The notes beneath the pieces were generated by a model. It worked only from the letters and a program-made list of their open reading frames with translations. It had not been told where the DNA came from and ran no database searches. The position numbers and the translations under genes are program-made. Below, piece after piece: positions 41,186 to 50,978 of a DNA stretch of 64,000 nt. Origin of the DNA: Aureliella sp. Its GTDB lineage: Bacteria > Planctomycetota > Planctomycetia > Pirellulales > Pirellulaceae. The DNA is taken from assembly GCA_963691875.1 (NCBI GenBank), contig OY829846.1:96001-160000 (forward strand), given 5' to 3'. Positions within the stretch are counted from its first letter, which is position 1; each line of letters starts with the position of its first letter.

Positions 41186-44134
41186 ATGGATGTAAGTATG
41201 CACTCTGCTGAGGATTATTTCAAGTGCCTCTATCCGCCAAACTCTTTTGGCAGCGTAATATTTTGTGAACCTGTTGAATCGGTAATTGGCTATAGAAGAC
41301 TCGCGACCTTTGCTGCCACAGACACTAGTGGAATCGCTAAGTTCGCAGCAGATCCGTCTCGGGACAATCTCTACTACAAGTACAACTTGTTCGATGAGAC
41401 CTCAATCGTCGCAAGAGGCTCGGCGTCCATTGGTTCTAAGACAGAGGTGCAATCGGTTGTTGCGTTTGGTCTTGATATCGATTGTGCAGAGAAGAGTGTC
41501 CAATATGCTTCGAGAGCAGAGGCACTAGCCACTCTCAACAGTATGCCGCAGCTACCGTCTGCAGTCATTAACTCAGACGGTTCTGCCAAAGGTTTGCATG
41601 GTTATTGGTTCTTTGACAAGCCCATCGTAGTGATGGGACCAGAGCACTACGATCAGCTCGTTGCAATCGCTCGTCGCTGGAACCGAAAGCTGGCTGAACT
41701 ACTCTCGCCTTTCGGCGAAGTTGATGCAACAGCGGGACTAGAGCGTCTGTTACGCCCCCCTGGAGCTCTTCGAAAATCAGGTAACCGCGTTACGGTTGAG
41801 CAGTTGCATCCAACACGACGGTACACCTTGGAAGAGCTAACTCTGCCATTGGATACGAAAGACCTTGAGCAGCTGCAGAAGCAGCAGCTCTTCGCCAGTT
41901 CGACAAACGAAGGACCGAGGCAAGACAGTGATATCCTTGACTACCTAACAGGGGAACTAGGCTACGCTGATATCTCGAACCTGATGCAAGCATATGGTTG
42001 GAGCGAGCGGTCAGGGGCACCTGGTTTCTGGGACCGACCAGAGGCTACTTCTGGAGCTCCGACGGGTGAAGTATGGAAGGTGCCGGATGGACGCCTAGGA
42101 CTGACTATCAAAACACCTGGACGGATCAGAACGGCAGCTGTTGACTCGGCAGGAAACGTAATTGACTTCGTGCCAGAGCAAGGTGGTTGGTACTCCTTCG
42201 AACACTTCTTCGTCTTCATGTCCACAGGCGGGGACACTCAATCGCATTGGTCACGATGCGCAGCGATGTGCCGAGAACAATCAGTCAATCTCCGGGCACA
42301 AGCGTTCGATTCTTGCTCGCCGATCAATCTTATCCTGCCCTCTGGTGCTCAGAAGTTTGCATCTGGCGAAGACGTTCAGAAGGCAAAGGATAAGATCCTC
42401 TGCTCTACCGGCGACACAGGATCAAGGATATTCAATGCTGCTCGTCAGTGCGTTGCGTACGGACTAAGTGACCCCCAAGCAGTTGACGTGATTTTGGAAA
42501 TTGACGCACAAGCCCCCTTTGGGATGTGCCCACTGATTGAGTCGGACATTCCGCAGGTTCTAAGATCAGCAGAACAAAAGACGAGACGCGGCAAGGACGC
42601 TAACGGGGACGATAACCGAAACTTCCTCGACCCTGAGCGACTTGCGAGAGAAGTAGCGTGGCAGCTGGGCTACGACTGGGATGAGCCCAAGATGGTTCGC
42701 TTGCGATACTACCGAGAACAGTGGTTCCACTTCGATGGCTGCAAGTACACTGCAGTCCCCGAGATGAAGGCAGAGAACCTGATCCGCATCGGTCTGTTAG
42801 CAGCTCTTAAAGAGCGAGCCGAGTTCCTAAACGCTTTGCACGACATTGAAGTCAAAAACGCTCCTAATCCCGACAAGGTCAAACCACCTACCATACCAGC
42901 ATACAAGACTTCGCTGCTGAAAGATGTTGTCAGCGAGTTCGCGTTTCTGTGTTTCACGGAAGCTTGTCCAGAGATATCGGTTTCGGCTCCGGAGCTCACT
43001 GAAAAAGCCAAAGCAGTTTGCACTGATTCAGGTATTGCTGTCATCGGAGAAACTGGGCAGGTTGAACTTCTGCCTAGTGACCCCAGAGTCTTTACACTGA
43101 ACTCCATCAACTTTGGGTTCAACGCCTCTGCCGCATGTCCCAGATGGCTAGAGTTTCTCGAACAGGTTTGGCCTGGAGATCAAGCCAGCAAGCATCTACT
43201 GCAGGAGTGGTTCGGACTTAACATCGTCGATGATACTTCCTTTCAAAAGATCATGTGGATCATCGGTACTCCTAGGAGTGGTAAGTCGACTATCACTTCG
43301 ATTCTGAAGTACCTTGCTGGAGACGGGTACGGAGCAGTTGACTTCAACACCCTGGCTAGACCACACGGCACGTCAGCATTGTTAGGTAAGCGGACTGGGA
43401 TCATTAGCGATGTCCGTGCGACTGGCGACAGAATGGCAGCACTTGAAAAGCTGCTTATGATCTCCGGTGCTGACGGTGTTACCGTTGAGCCAAAGTTCAA
43501 GACTCCGTTTTCGGAAGTACTGCCTGTCCGGTTTACCATCGTTTCAAACGAAATGCCTTATCTGCCGGATGCGAGCTCTGCGATGTTCTCTCGTGGGCTG
43601 TTCTTGAAAACTTCAGTGTCGTTTCAAGGTCGCGAAGATCGTTCTTTGCTCGGCAACTTGAAAGAGGAACTACCGGGCATCTTCAACTGGGCAGTGCAAG
43701 GTCTCGCTCGTCTCAATTGCTTTGGGAAGTTCACAGAGCCGCAGAGTGCAGACGATCTTCGTCGGACAGCAAAAGCAGACGGAAACCCGCTGCTGGAACT
43801 TGTAGAAGATTTCTTTGCTGTCGGTCCGACCGAACAAATCCCTAAAGACTTGTTGTACCGCTGGTACGCAGAGTGGTGCAAGTTTCACAATACTCGCGTT
43901 CTGACGTCCGCCATATTCCATAAACGATTGAATGCAATGCCGGGGCTCAACCTGCAGAACATTCGACCCGGTCGAGCACAGTCGGGCACCTTTCGTCGGC
44001 GAACGATTCAAGGGATCGGACTGCGGAAAGAATTTGCCGGAGTTGCTCCAGAGCAATTCTTTCTCGCTTCGTCCCTATCTACCGGACAAGTAACACCTAG
44101 TTTCTCTGCTAAGCCTTTTACGAGCGTAACATGA
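41186..44134 (+). CDS. AEP/RepB-like primase fused to D5/P4 SF3 helicase
   Basis: LDID, S.....GLHGYW, RLLRPPG; CPRWLEFL, LQEWFG, GTPRSGKST, VSNEMP. Confidence 0.9.
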   Translation: MDVSMHSAEDYFKCLYPPNSFGSVIFCEPVESVIGYRRLATFAATDTSGIAKFAADPSRDNLYYKYNLFDETSIVARGSASIGSKTEVQSVVAFGLDIDCAEKSVQYASRAEALATLNSMPQLPSAVINSDGSAKGLHGYWFFDKPIVVMGPEHYDQLVAIARRWNRKLAELLSPFGEVDATAGLERLLRPPGALRKSGNRVTVEQLHPTRRYTLEELTLPLDTKDLEQLQKQQLFASSTNEGPRQDSDILDYLTGELGYADISNLMQAYGWSERSGAPGFWDRPEATSGAPTGEVWKVPDGRLGLTIKTPGRIRTAAVDSAGNVIDFVPEQGGWYSFEHFFVFMSTGGDTQSHWSRCAAMCREQSVNLRAQAFDSCSPINLILPSGAQKFASGEDVQKAKDKILCSTGDTGSRIFNAARQCVAYGLSDPQAVDVILEIDAQAPFGMCPLIESDIPQVLRSAEQKTRRGKDANGDDNRNFLDPERLAREVAWQLGYDWDEPKMVRLRYYREQWFHFDGCKYTAVPEMKAENLIRIGLLAALKERAEFLNALHDIEVKNAPNPDKVKPPTIPAYKTSLLKDVVSEFAFLCFTEACPEISVSAPELTEKAKAVCTDSGIAVIGETGQVELLPSDPRVFTLNSINFGFNASAACPRWLEFLEQVWPGDQASKHLLQEWFGLNIVDDTSFQKIMWIIGTPRSGKSTITSILKYLAGDGYGAVDFNTLARPHGTSALLGKRTGIISDVRATGDRMAALEKLLMISGADGVTVEPKFKTPFSEVLPVRFTIVSNEMPYLPDASSAMFSRGLFLKTSVSFQGREDRSLLGNLKEELPGIFNWAVQGLARLNCFGKFTEPQSADDLRRTAKADGNPLLELVEDFFAVGPTEQIPKDLLYRWYAEWCKFHNTRVLTSAIFHKRLNAMPGLNLQNIRPGRAQSGTFRRRTIQGIGLRKEFAGVAPEQFFLASSLSTGQVTPSFSAKPFTSVT

Positions 44135-44146
44135 TGTTCAAAAGAA

Positions 44147-44389
44147 CTAGTACGAATTGCCAGTGTGATGGCGGCTATCGAACGAACGGTCACCGATGTC
44201 TTCGTACATCTCACGAAAGGCAGACCAAAGCGAGCAGTACTCCGCTAGGGCGTTGTGATCAATTTGTGAGAGGCGATTGATCTGAAAGACATAAGGTGTG
44301 ATTCGCCGCCACTCGGCAGTCGCTTTGGTGTCTAGAATTTCCGGTGGACTTACAAGCTCACTTGGAAAAGTGAACCAATCGTTACTCAC
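44147..44389 (-). CDS. P27-family terminase small subunit-like protein, probably truncated
   Basis: PPEILD..A.AEWRRI....L...D..ALAEYC..W pattern; 80 aa. Confidence 0.65.
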   Translation of the reverse strand: MSNDWFTFPSELVSPPEILDTKATAEWRRITPYVFQINRLSQIDHNALAEYCSLWSAFREMYEDIGDRSFDSRHHTGNSY

Positions 44390-44548
44390 TCTTAATCTCC
44401 GCTACCCAGAAAAAATTAAAAGTTGGTATGAATTGAATGCGGTGGCTGGGCGTCTCTTTGAGAATGAGATAGTCTCTCTTCAGTCGCCAACTGCGGCACT
44501 CGACTACGCTCGATTCTTGGTCAAGCCACTTAATCTTGATGCGCCCAT

Positions 44549-44761
44549 ATGCCTACTACCTGTATCGTTCCCTACAACGGCGAGAAGTACCGCGTGGATG
44601 TGCGAATTTCAGGTTCAATAGTTTATGTACGTCACCCGGTTGCCGGATGGATGGATCTTAATGTTCTGGAAGAGCGATTGAGGCGTAAGCTGTATGGCTT
44701 CGAGGGTGCTGACCTCACGAAGATCCGGCAGCTACGCGATTCGTCGAGCAAGATCGACTAG
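44549..44761 (+). CDS. Small hypothetical protein
   Basis: 70-aa ORF. Confidence 0.45.
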   Translation: MPTTCIVPYNGEKYRVDVRISGSIVYVRHPVAGWMDLNVLEERLRRKLYGFEGADLTKIRQLRDSSSKID

Positions 44762-44880
44762 CCATTTGCACATTTCCGGCCTCGTTCGTGATCGCTGAGC
44801 ATGGCTCATACACTGTTGTGTTCTGCGGTCATTGCCAAGCCAAAGCCAGCATTCTTAAAGAGGAAGACAGTTAGCAAACG

Positions 44881-45249
44881 ATGGAACCAAAGCAATTACG
44901 AACCCTCGGAGCAATAGTATTGTTCTTGGCATTTGCCGCGTGCTTGCCTCTGGTGTTTTCTGACGCGGATAAGAGCGTCTTGGATCAATGGCGAGCAATG
45001 AGCGATGCGGAGCAGATAGAGTTTCTGGCTGCGGGTATTCCTGATTACCTGCCAGAATACACTCACTCGGACATAGTCTTGGATGGCATGATGAATATGG
45101 AATATGTGATCCAGAACCACGGCAATGAGATCTACGATACAAAGTCGGATTCACTTGAGGAAGCTCGTGAACTTGCATTGGCTTTTTCAATCGGCTTCAT
45201 TCGAACCGAGCTAAAGAAGAGTGAAGAGCTTAATTTCTGGGACCGCTGA
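44881..45249 (+). CDS. Exported or membrane-anchored hypothetical protein (moron-like)
   Basis: GAGG RBS, N-terminal hydrophobic segment. Confidence 0.65.
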   Translation: MEPKQLRTLGAIVLFLAFAACLPLVFSDADKSVLDQWRAMSDAEQIEFLAAGIPDYLPEYTHSDIVLDGMMNMEYVIQNHGNEIYDTKSDSLEEARELALAFSIGFIRTELKKSEELNFWDR

Positions 45250-45386
45250 ACAACAGCGAGCTAAAGAAAGCCGGTGTTCTAGTCCTCGATAGCTAAGTTG
45301 CCCAGCCTTCGCCGTCTCAGGCCAAAGCGGAACTGGGCGTCTCGTAATGAACGTCCCCTCTGAAGACGAAGTCCCGTTCTAGGGGA

Positions 45387-45602
45387 TTACCTTGTCTGCA
45401 GCTCCTTCTTTTCGAGCAACTCAGTGCGATAAATCGCTACGGCGTTTGGTGCTTTGATGCCGAGCAGCGTCTTGTTCCCGTCAGATCGTGGGCAGAGCAC
45501 GATCTCTGTTCCACTCGGGTAATCACGGAGCAGCTGCTGCAACGTTTCGCGAGTGAGCGGTAGAGTTACTCTCTCGTTGTCTCTTCTTGTTATTACTAAC
45601 AT
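45387..45602 (-). CDS. csrA: CsrA/RsmA-like RNA-binding protein with insertion
   Basis: MLVITRR..E...LGIKAP..VAIYRTEL. Confidence 0.8.
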   Translation of the reverse strand: MLVITRRDNERVTLPLTRETLQQLLRDYPSGTEIVLCPRSDGNKTLLGIKAPNAVAIYRTELLEKKELQTR

Positions 45603-45615
45603 AAAATTCCTTTCT

Positions 45616-46059
45616 TTAGAGTTCCAGTTCTTCGGCTTTGTCTTCGAACTTCTCCAGAGCTAGTCGCTGCATCTCGTCACCCAGCAATCGCACTGGGATG
45701 TCTGTCGCGTAGTATCGAGAACTGTCCATCTTGAGTCCGATGACGTGTCGCCATTCCGTGGCTCGCTCTACGAACACTTGCATGCGACCAGCGACTCCGA
45801 AGTCGCTACGTACAAGCGGAACGAACGTAGTTCCGTCTCCTGCATGGATCTCCGAATCGTCACACTCGACAGGCCAAAGGTTCTCGGCTTGAGTGTCGCG
45901 GATATGGATGTTGTGCCTGCGGTCTTGTAGCAAGTACCTGGAAGTGGTCTCGTCGTAGTCTTTCAGTGCGTACAGTTTTACTGCACGACGCGAAAAGTTG
46001 GTCTTGCCAAATAGTTCTCTGAACCGCTGGATGATCGGGTCGTTGATGTCTTCTTTCAT
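45616..46059 (-). CDS. Paralog-family protein (divergent member)
   Basis: C-terminus RYY...FEDKAEELEL resembles FELKAEKIDL of 50408..50914. Confidence 0.6.
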   Translation of the reverse strand: MKEDINDPIIQRFRELFGKTNFSRRAVKLYALKDYDETTSRYLLQDRRHNIHIRDTQAENLWPVECDDSEIHAGDGTTFVPLVRSDFGVAGRMQVFVERATEWRHVIGLKMDSSRYYATDIPVRLLGDEMQRLALEKFEDKAEELEL

Positions 46060-46541
46060 GTCAGCAGAGCTTTGTATTTCCGTTCAAACTCGGTAGCCGC
46101 TAGTTTCTGCAGTGTGAGTTTGGGATCTCTCTTCGGTGGCAACCGCCAGTAGATGTCCGGCACAAGCTTCAGTTGCAGAATCCACATTCGAAGGGTTGAA
46201 ACCCTCTGGTAGACCAAGCCCTGCCGGAAAGATCCGAACTCAGTTTCTGTTGCGGAGGCATCGATCAGAGCGAGCCTTGGAGTTGCGAACTGGTCTGTCG
46301 GGAAATTCGCACTCCTCGCAAGAACTAACCTTCGCTGTTGTTCGGGAGTGAACGGAATCTCCTGGCCTTTCCCGAAACTCACTATCAAATTGTCTTGGTC
46401 ATCAAACCGCCCGGCTGCATGTGGCGTCCTCGACAGCATCATTAGGAGTCGACGTTCGCGCTGTGTCTCTTCCGTTTCGTTCAGTGGTTCCATCCCTACA
46501 TTCGGTTCAATAATTAGCGTAGACAGCATGTCCTTGTTCAA
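46056..46541 (-). CDS. Paralog-family protein (divergent member)
   Basis: T.FG..G...YWRLPP..DP..TLQKL...FERK. Confidence 0.6.
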   Translation of the reverse strand: MNKDMLSTLIIEPNVGMEPLNETEETQRERRLLMMLSRTPHAAGRFDDQDNLIVSFGKGQEIPFTPEQQRRLVLARSANFPTDQFATPRLALIDASATETEFGSFRQGLVYQRVSTLRMWILQLKLVPDIYWRLPPKRDPKLTLQKLAATEFERKYKALLT

Positions 46542-46887
46542 CCAGTGACGTGTTAAAGTCTTTTCCTGTGCCTGGCACTAGGTCCTCTGTCCAAGGCAAG
46601 TAAATCTTTGCTAGGTAACGCCCGAACTTTCCGGTCTGCTCCTGCGTTCGTCCTTTGATCGTTTCGATCCAGATCTCTTTGTCGAGCAGATGTTCTTCAA
46701 CAAACTTTTTAGCTTCTAGCCCCCTCTCTCGCTCTTCACCTCGAATCTCTGGCGCATTGATTCCATAAAAGCGAAGTCGCTGTTCGATCGATGCTCGGAA
46801 TCCTAGGTCAACTCTGACGTCAATCGTGTCACCATCGACCACGTTGGTAACAAGCGATTCGTAGAAGTAAAAGTTTGGCTTTAGCAC
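46507..46887 (-). CDS. Thermonuclease (SNase) family nuclease
   Basis: VVDGDTI, RLRFYGINAPE, KFGRYLA, N..LV..G.A. Confidence 0.92.
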   Translation of the reverse strand: MLKPNFYFYESLVTNVVDGDTIDVRVDLGFRASIEQRLRFYGINAPEIRGEERERGLEAKKFVEEHLLDKEIWIETIKGRTQEQTGKFGRYLAKIYLPWTEDLVPGTGKDFNTSLVEQGHAVYANY

Positions 46888-47123
46888 AGTTGAGTCCTTC
46901 TGAATGTGAACAACCGGTCGCCCTCTTGAGCGATCCTATTTGCAGCGATTGCTTTCTTGATGGCTTGATTCCACTCGTAGACTGTCGCACCATTTTGATC
47001 TTCCACACGAAGGTTTGTAACAAGATCTATCAGGTCGAGACCACGATCAGAACCGCGTTCAACACGTTCCACGACAGTATCACAACACTGCCCGACAACA
47101 CTCGCTCGCATTGGAATTGACAC
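46881..47123 (-). CDS. Phage hypothetical protein
   Basis: 80-aa ORF in operon. Confidence 0.45.
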   Translation of the reverse strand: MSIPMRASVVGQCCDTVVERVERGSDRGLDLIDLVTNLRVEDQNGATVYEWNQAIKKAIAANRIAQEGDRLFTFRRTQLC

Positions 47124-47136
47124 TGTTTCCCGGTTG

Positions 47137-47367
47137 TTACTCTGTTGCAGCCGGGTCTTCTTTTTCAGACGTGAATTGCCCCAACGCTTGCGTCAAACAC
47201 TGACCGGCGAATGTCTTTACTCGCCGCACAGGTGTCTCAACGACGTGTAATTTATCGATTTCACGCTTGCTTGCTTCTTCGCAAGCTCGCTTGAGACGGA
47301 TAAGCTCAAGCTCTAGCTCGACGACGAAAGCCTGTACTTCTTCGACGCTGTACCATTTTTTTCGCAT
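47137..47367 (-). CDS. Small helical protein
   Basis: AGGAG RBS, 76 aa. Confidence 0.6.
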   Translation of the reverse strand: MRKKWYSVEEVQAFVVELELELIRLKRACEEASKREIDKLHVVETPVRRVKTFAGQCLTQALGQFTSEKEDPAATE

Positions 47368-47760
47368 CCTAATTGCTCCTTTAGCTGGTGGTTTGTACTG
47401 TTATCGGCGATTTTCGCGGACAAAAGAACCCGAATCCTTACCGAACCGGTGCTAGACTCCCTAATGTACTGATTGTTGTTCTTTTGGGTACATAGTAATT
47501 CGACGTAGCGGAGCGGATTTTGATGATCTGTTCTCGCTGGCGATGGAATGTCAGACTGTGCATTCTCTGACCCACTAGTAGTTCTTCCATGATGGTTCGC
47601 TAAGTCGTCCAGTAGCTGACAAAGGGAACAAGAATGAAGGCGGCTGCGATAATTACCGACAGCGTTATCGCACCGACTACTGCTGACGAAGAGTCGTTGA
47701 GCTCATCCGCTCTGTCTTCCTCCAAGAGTCGGTTGACCTCAGTCGTCACCTGCTCTTTTG

Positions 47761-47949
47761 TCATCTCTTGAAGATCCATCTCTCTGTCCTTTCAACTTGA
47801 GTTGAACTAGTGAGCAGCAGTTGTCCGGTGCTGCCGATCCGGAATTGAGACTTGAATAGCGGGGCGACTTGTTCTTCAGGTACTTGCAGTTGTGCCAGTG
47901 TGTGACGAGTCGGAGCGTGAGTAGGAGCAGGGGGTGCGATCGTAGACAT
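47761..47949 (-). CDS. Small hypothetical protein
   Basis: AAGGA RBS shared with 48306 leader (AAGGAATGATTCC). Confidence 0.5.
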   Translation of the reverse strand: MSTIAPPAPTHAPTRHTLAQLQVPEEQVAPLFKSQFRIGSTGQLLLTSSTQVERTERWIFKR

Positions 47950-47985
47950 GGTCAGGAATCATTCCTTGGAGATAAAGGTCAGGAG

Positions 47986-48306
47986 CTAGCTTTTCAGTAC
48001 CGCAGGGGCAATCAGAGCGACGACGAAACTCGCGATAGCTTTAGACAAAGAAGCAACGGGAGTGTCTCCGCTTGCGAGACCGACGTTGAAAACTGCTGCA
48101 TGCCTCCAGACTTTCTCGTGATCATTGCAAGCGTCACGGAATTCATTTTCGAGCCAATGTTGCAAGGCTCCTTCACAGGCACTGTCCCAGGCACACTGAA
48201 TTGCTTCGGGAAGTTCGCTGAACTGCGGCATCGGTTCGCCTCGAAAGTTTTTCCAGTGAACGGATTCACCGTATGCGGCGTAAGCTGCTTTCGCTCGGTC
48301 GGTCAT
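47986..48306 (-). CDS. Phage hypothetical protein
   Basis: AAGGA RBS; AYAAYG..V.WKNFRGEPMP. Confidence 0.65.
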   Translation of the reverse strand: MTDRAKAAYAAYGESVHWKNFRGEPMPQFSELPEAIQCAWDSACEGALQHWLENEFRDACNDHEKVWRHAAVFNVGLASGDTPVASLSKAIASFVVALIAPAVLKS

Positions 48307-48565
48307 GGAATCATTCCTTTTATGTGTGCGGGAAATTTACCGTAAGCGGGGCGTAAAGGTCAGTTCGAAAGTTGAAGTGCAATCGCTGTTGCTCCAGCGC
48401 CAGCGAGCAATGCTAGGAAAATGAGAAGCGGCTTAATGATCTTGAACCCTTCGTGCATTGGTCTGCCTTTGTTCTGTTGTTATCTGTTATCGCCTGTCAT
48501 CTACCGGAAATTTACCGCAAACGAGGCAAGGCGTCAAGAATCTTTTTCTCGTTTTTGCTTCTTTT

Positions 48566-49389
48566 TAGCGGTGCGTGTAGTTGTTGTGTTATTGCTGCTG
48601 GCAGAAGAGTTTTCTATGATGGCAGGCTTCCACTAAATTGGACGCCAGAGCAACTATGGTTCAAAATCCCTACGGATTGCGCAACAACAATCCTTCCGAT
48701 TGGGTCAACGTCAGAGACGTAGACCGAAGTTCCCCTGATGAATACTTCTGCGCTGAGTGCGGGGGCAAGCTGATTCCTGTTCAACCGTCGAACCCAAAGA
48801 AGCAATGGTTCTTCCGCCATGCTGTGGAAAGCAATTGCGAGGGCTCACGAGAGACAGCGATACACTTAATGGCAAAGCAGATTCTGCTGGAAGAGCGAAG
48901 AATCATGCTTCCTTATATGCTTATCAAGCCAGAGCCTCACATTTACATAGAGTACAAGTCGCATAAACAAGTCAGGATCTATCAACTTGGTTCTCGGAAG
49001 CTGTTTCAGTTTGACTCTGTGCAGGACGAAGTTTGGCATGAGGGGAGAATACCAGACATCGTAGCTGTTTCAGGCGACCGAAAGCTCTTCATCGAAATAT
49101 GCGTCACCCACGGAATCGATGCTGACAAATTGAGTTGGATTCAGGAACAGAATATTTCGACTCTAAGCGTCAATCTTAGTGGTCTTTCTCGTGATGCAAG
49201 CAAAGCAGATGTTCGCAAGTGCTTGTTGACTGGTTGGCTGCACAACATGAACATAATGAACTGGACGCACCATGCGAAGAAACTAGATCACCAGCAGCGA
49301 GCAAACGAACACTACGTTCAGCAGGTGCTGAAACTCGGGCTTGGGCCGAAGGGTAAGAAATCGCGGTAGCGGTGCGTGTAGTTGTTGTG
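48566..49389. repeat. 23-bp perfect direct repeat flanking the CoiA-like gene
   Basis: TAGCGGTGCGTGTAGTTGTTGTG at 48566-48588 and 49367-49389. Confidence 0.9.
48656..49369 (+). CDS. CoiA-like zinc-finger PD-(D/E)xK nuclease
   Basis: YFCAECG..L, FFRH, C, ETAIHLMAK, PDIV, FIEICVTH. Confidence 0.8.
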   Translation: MVQNPYGLRNNNPSDWVNVRDVDRSSPDEYFCAECGGKLIPVQPSNPKKQWFFRHAVESNCEGSRETAIHLMAKQILLEERRIMLPYMLIKPEPHIYIEYKSHKQVRIYQLGSRKLFQFDSVQDEVWHEGRIPDIVAVSGDRKLFIEICVTHGIDADKLSWIQEQNISTLSVNLSGLSRDASKADVRKCLLTGWLHNMNIMNWTHHAKKLDHQQRANEHYVQQVLKLGLGPKGKKSR

Positions 49390-49920
49390 CTACATGCTTT
49401 TGAGCTTCTCGGCAAACCTCAGGCAGTTCATGTTTTGCAGAGCAGTGGCTTGCTCTGACTTGTCTATCGCAGGTGGGTGGATGTAGTAGTTCTCATCACA
49501 AGCGAGCCGGTAGATGATCTGGTCCGTTACTTGCATGCCGATGCTGCAAATGTAGCTGCCAAGTAAAACCGCACCGTGGTCAGTAGTGAACTGTGTTGTT
49601 AGTTCTTCGGGTGCGACTAGTCCTCCGTTGATATTAAGGTTAGGGATCGGTTGCATACGTTCGTCGTAGATGAACTTCTTCCCTCCCCTAATCTGCCGGA
49701 GACCTCGGGCTTGAGCGATCGTGAAATTATGTCGCTGAGTCACTGCCCTGCTGCTGCCGAAGCGTATCTGAATCGTGTGCGTGTCCTTCTGTCGGTCGTA
49801 CTGCAAGTCAGCAGACAGGGGCCGAGTGATCATGCGGTTCAGTTCTCTGGTCAGAGCTTGTGCAGCTTCTTCGCGCTCCGTTCGCTCGTTCATCGACCAC
49901 GGTCCGACGTCAGGGTTCAT
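49390..49920 (-). CDS. Paralog-family protein
   Basis: GLV.P..L...T..HG.VL.G..I.S.G...YRLACD..YYIHP...NCL.F. Confidence 0.8.
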   Translation of the reverse strand: MNPDVGPWSMNERTEREEAAQALTRELNRMITRPLSADLQYDRQKDTHTIQIRFGSSRAVTQRHNFTIAQARGLRQIRGGKKFIYDERMQPIPNLNINGGLVAPEELTTQFTTDHGAVLLGSYICSIGMQVTDQIIYRLACDENYYIHPPAIDKSEQATALQNMNCLRFAEKLKSM

Positions 49921-50411
49921 AAACTCTCCAGTCGAGCTTTGGACTCAAATGCCAAGCAGTTCATCTTCGCGAGAGCGTCTAGTGCATTCCGTGCCGGAGG
50001 ACGAACGTAGTAGCGCTTGTTGAAGGCAAGGTAGTAGAAGACTTCATGCTGCACTGGGCCATTAGAGGAGATCCAAGGTCCGACTAGGACTTCTCCGTGA
50101 GCACTAGTGTGTGTCTTGCGTAGATCATCAGGATTGAGCAATCCGGCGGGAGCAGTCATGTTGGGCTCTTGAACACCTCCCAAACCTATTCGAAAGTTGC
50201 GGGGTCGTCCCACGACTTGGACCAGCTTGCCTGCGTCATCCGCTGTGAGGCGATGCGTTGATGATCCTCTTCTTGATCCAAAATGTAGCATGATCTGGAA
50301 CTCTGCCTTGATAGGACAGTAGTAGGACTCCACTCTGATAGGGGCCGGTACATCACGTCGGATCGAGTTGACTAGTCTTTGGGCTTGGAGCTCGTTTTCG
50401 TAGACGGTCAT
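49917..50411 (-). CDS. Paralog-family protein
   Basis: Same motif; 4-bp overlap coupling. Confidence 0.8.
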   Translation of the reverse strand: MTVYENELQAQRLVNSIRRDVPAPIRVESYYCPIKAEFQIMLHFGSRRGSSTHRLTADDAGKLVQVVGRPRNFRIGLGGVQEPNMTAPAGLLNPDDLRKTHTSAHGEVLVGPWISSNGPVQHEVFYYLAFNKRYYVRPPARNALDALAKMNCLAFESKARLESL

Positions 50412-50914
50412 AGATCAATCTTCTCTGCCTTGAGTTCGAATGCTCGACAGTTCAGCTGCTTGAGGGCTTCTAGTGGGTCAGATACTGCCGGATGGATGTA
50501 GTGGGCGCCGTCACACGCAAGCCGGTAGAGCAGTCCGGCTTCTTTCCACCCTTCGGAGGAGATCCATCGACCGGCGAGCACTGTTCCGTGGTTGCTGGTT
50601 TGAAGGATTCGAAGGTCTGCCGGATTGACTAGCCCTGCACGCCGCGAGACTAAAGGCAGTTTGTGAAAAGCGTAGCCAGCGTCACTGCCCTTCACTGGGA
50701 CAAGTGCCTGAGCGACTTCTTCAGTAGCGAAGCGTTCATGGTTCTGGAAACGGAATCTGACTCGACGTCGGTGCATCTCAGGACCATGTTCCGATGTGAC
50801 CGCGACCGCGCGAGGAGTGAGCAGCTGCAGCTGGTTCACTAGGTGGTTCCATTCGGCTTTCTCTAGCCGGTTCGGCTGAGCGAGCTCGACCTGGATTTCA
50901 TGTGGGATGACCAT
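50408..50914 (-). CDS. Paralog-family protein
   Basis: Same motif; AAGGAG RBS. Confidence 0.8.
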   Translation of the reverse strand: MVIPHEIQVELAQPNRLEKAEWNHLVNQLQLLTPRAVAVTSEHGPEMHRRRVRFRFQNHERFATEEVAQALVPVKGSDAGYAFHKLPLVSRRAGLVNPADLRILQTSNHGTVLAGRWISSEGWKEAGLLYRLACDGAHYIHPAVSDPLEALKQLNCRAFELKAEKIDL

Positions 50915-50978
50915 TGTTGCTCCTTACAATAAGGGGGTTCGCTGTTTGTTGGGCGACTAGTTGCAAGGCTTAGCTGTG

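Noticed and set aside
45250..45385. Hairpins downstream of csrA as a CsrB-like sRNA
   Set aside because: Too few GGA-loop hairpins to support the call.
40122..49369. Restriction-modification pair of the MTase and the CoiA-like nuclease
   Set aside because: The genes are about 8 kb apart and unlinked; nothing in the sequence ties them together.
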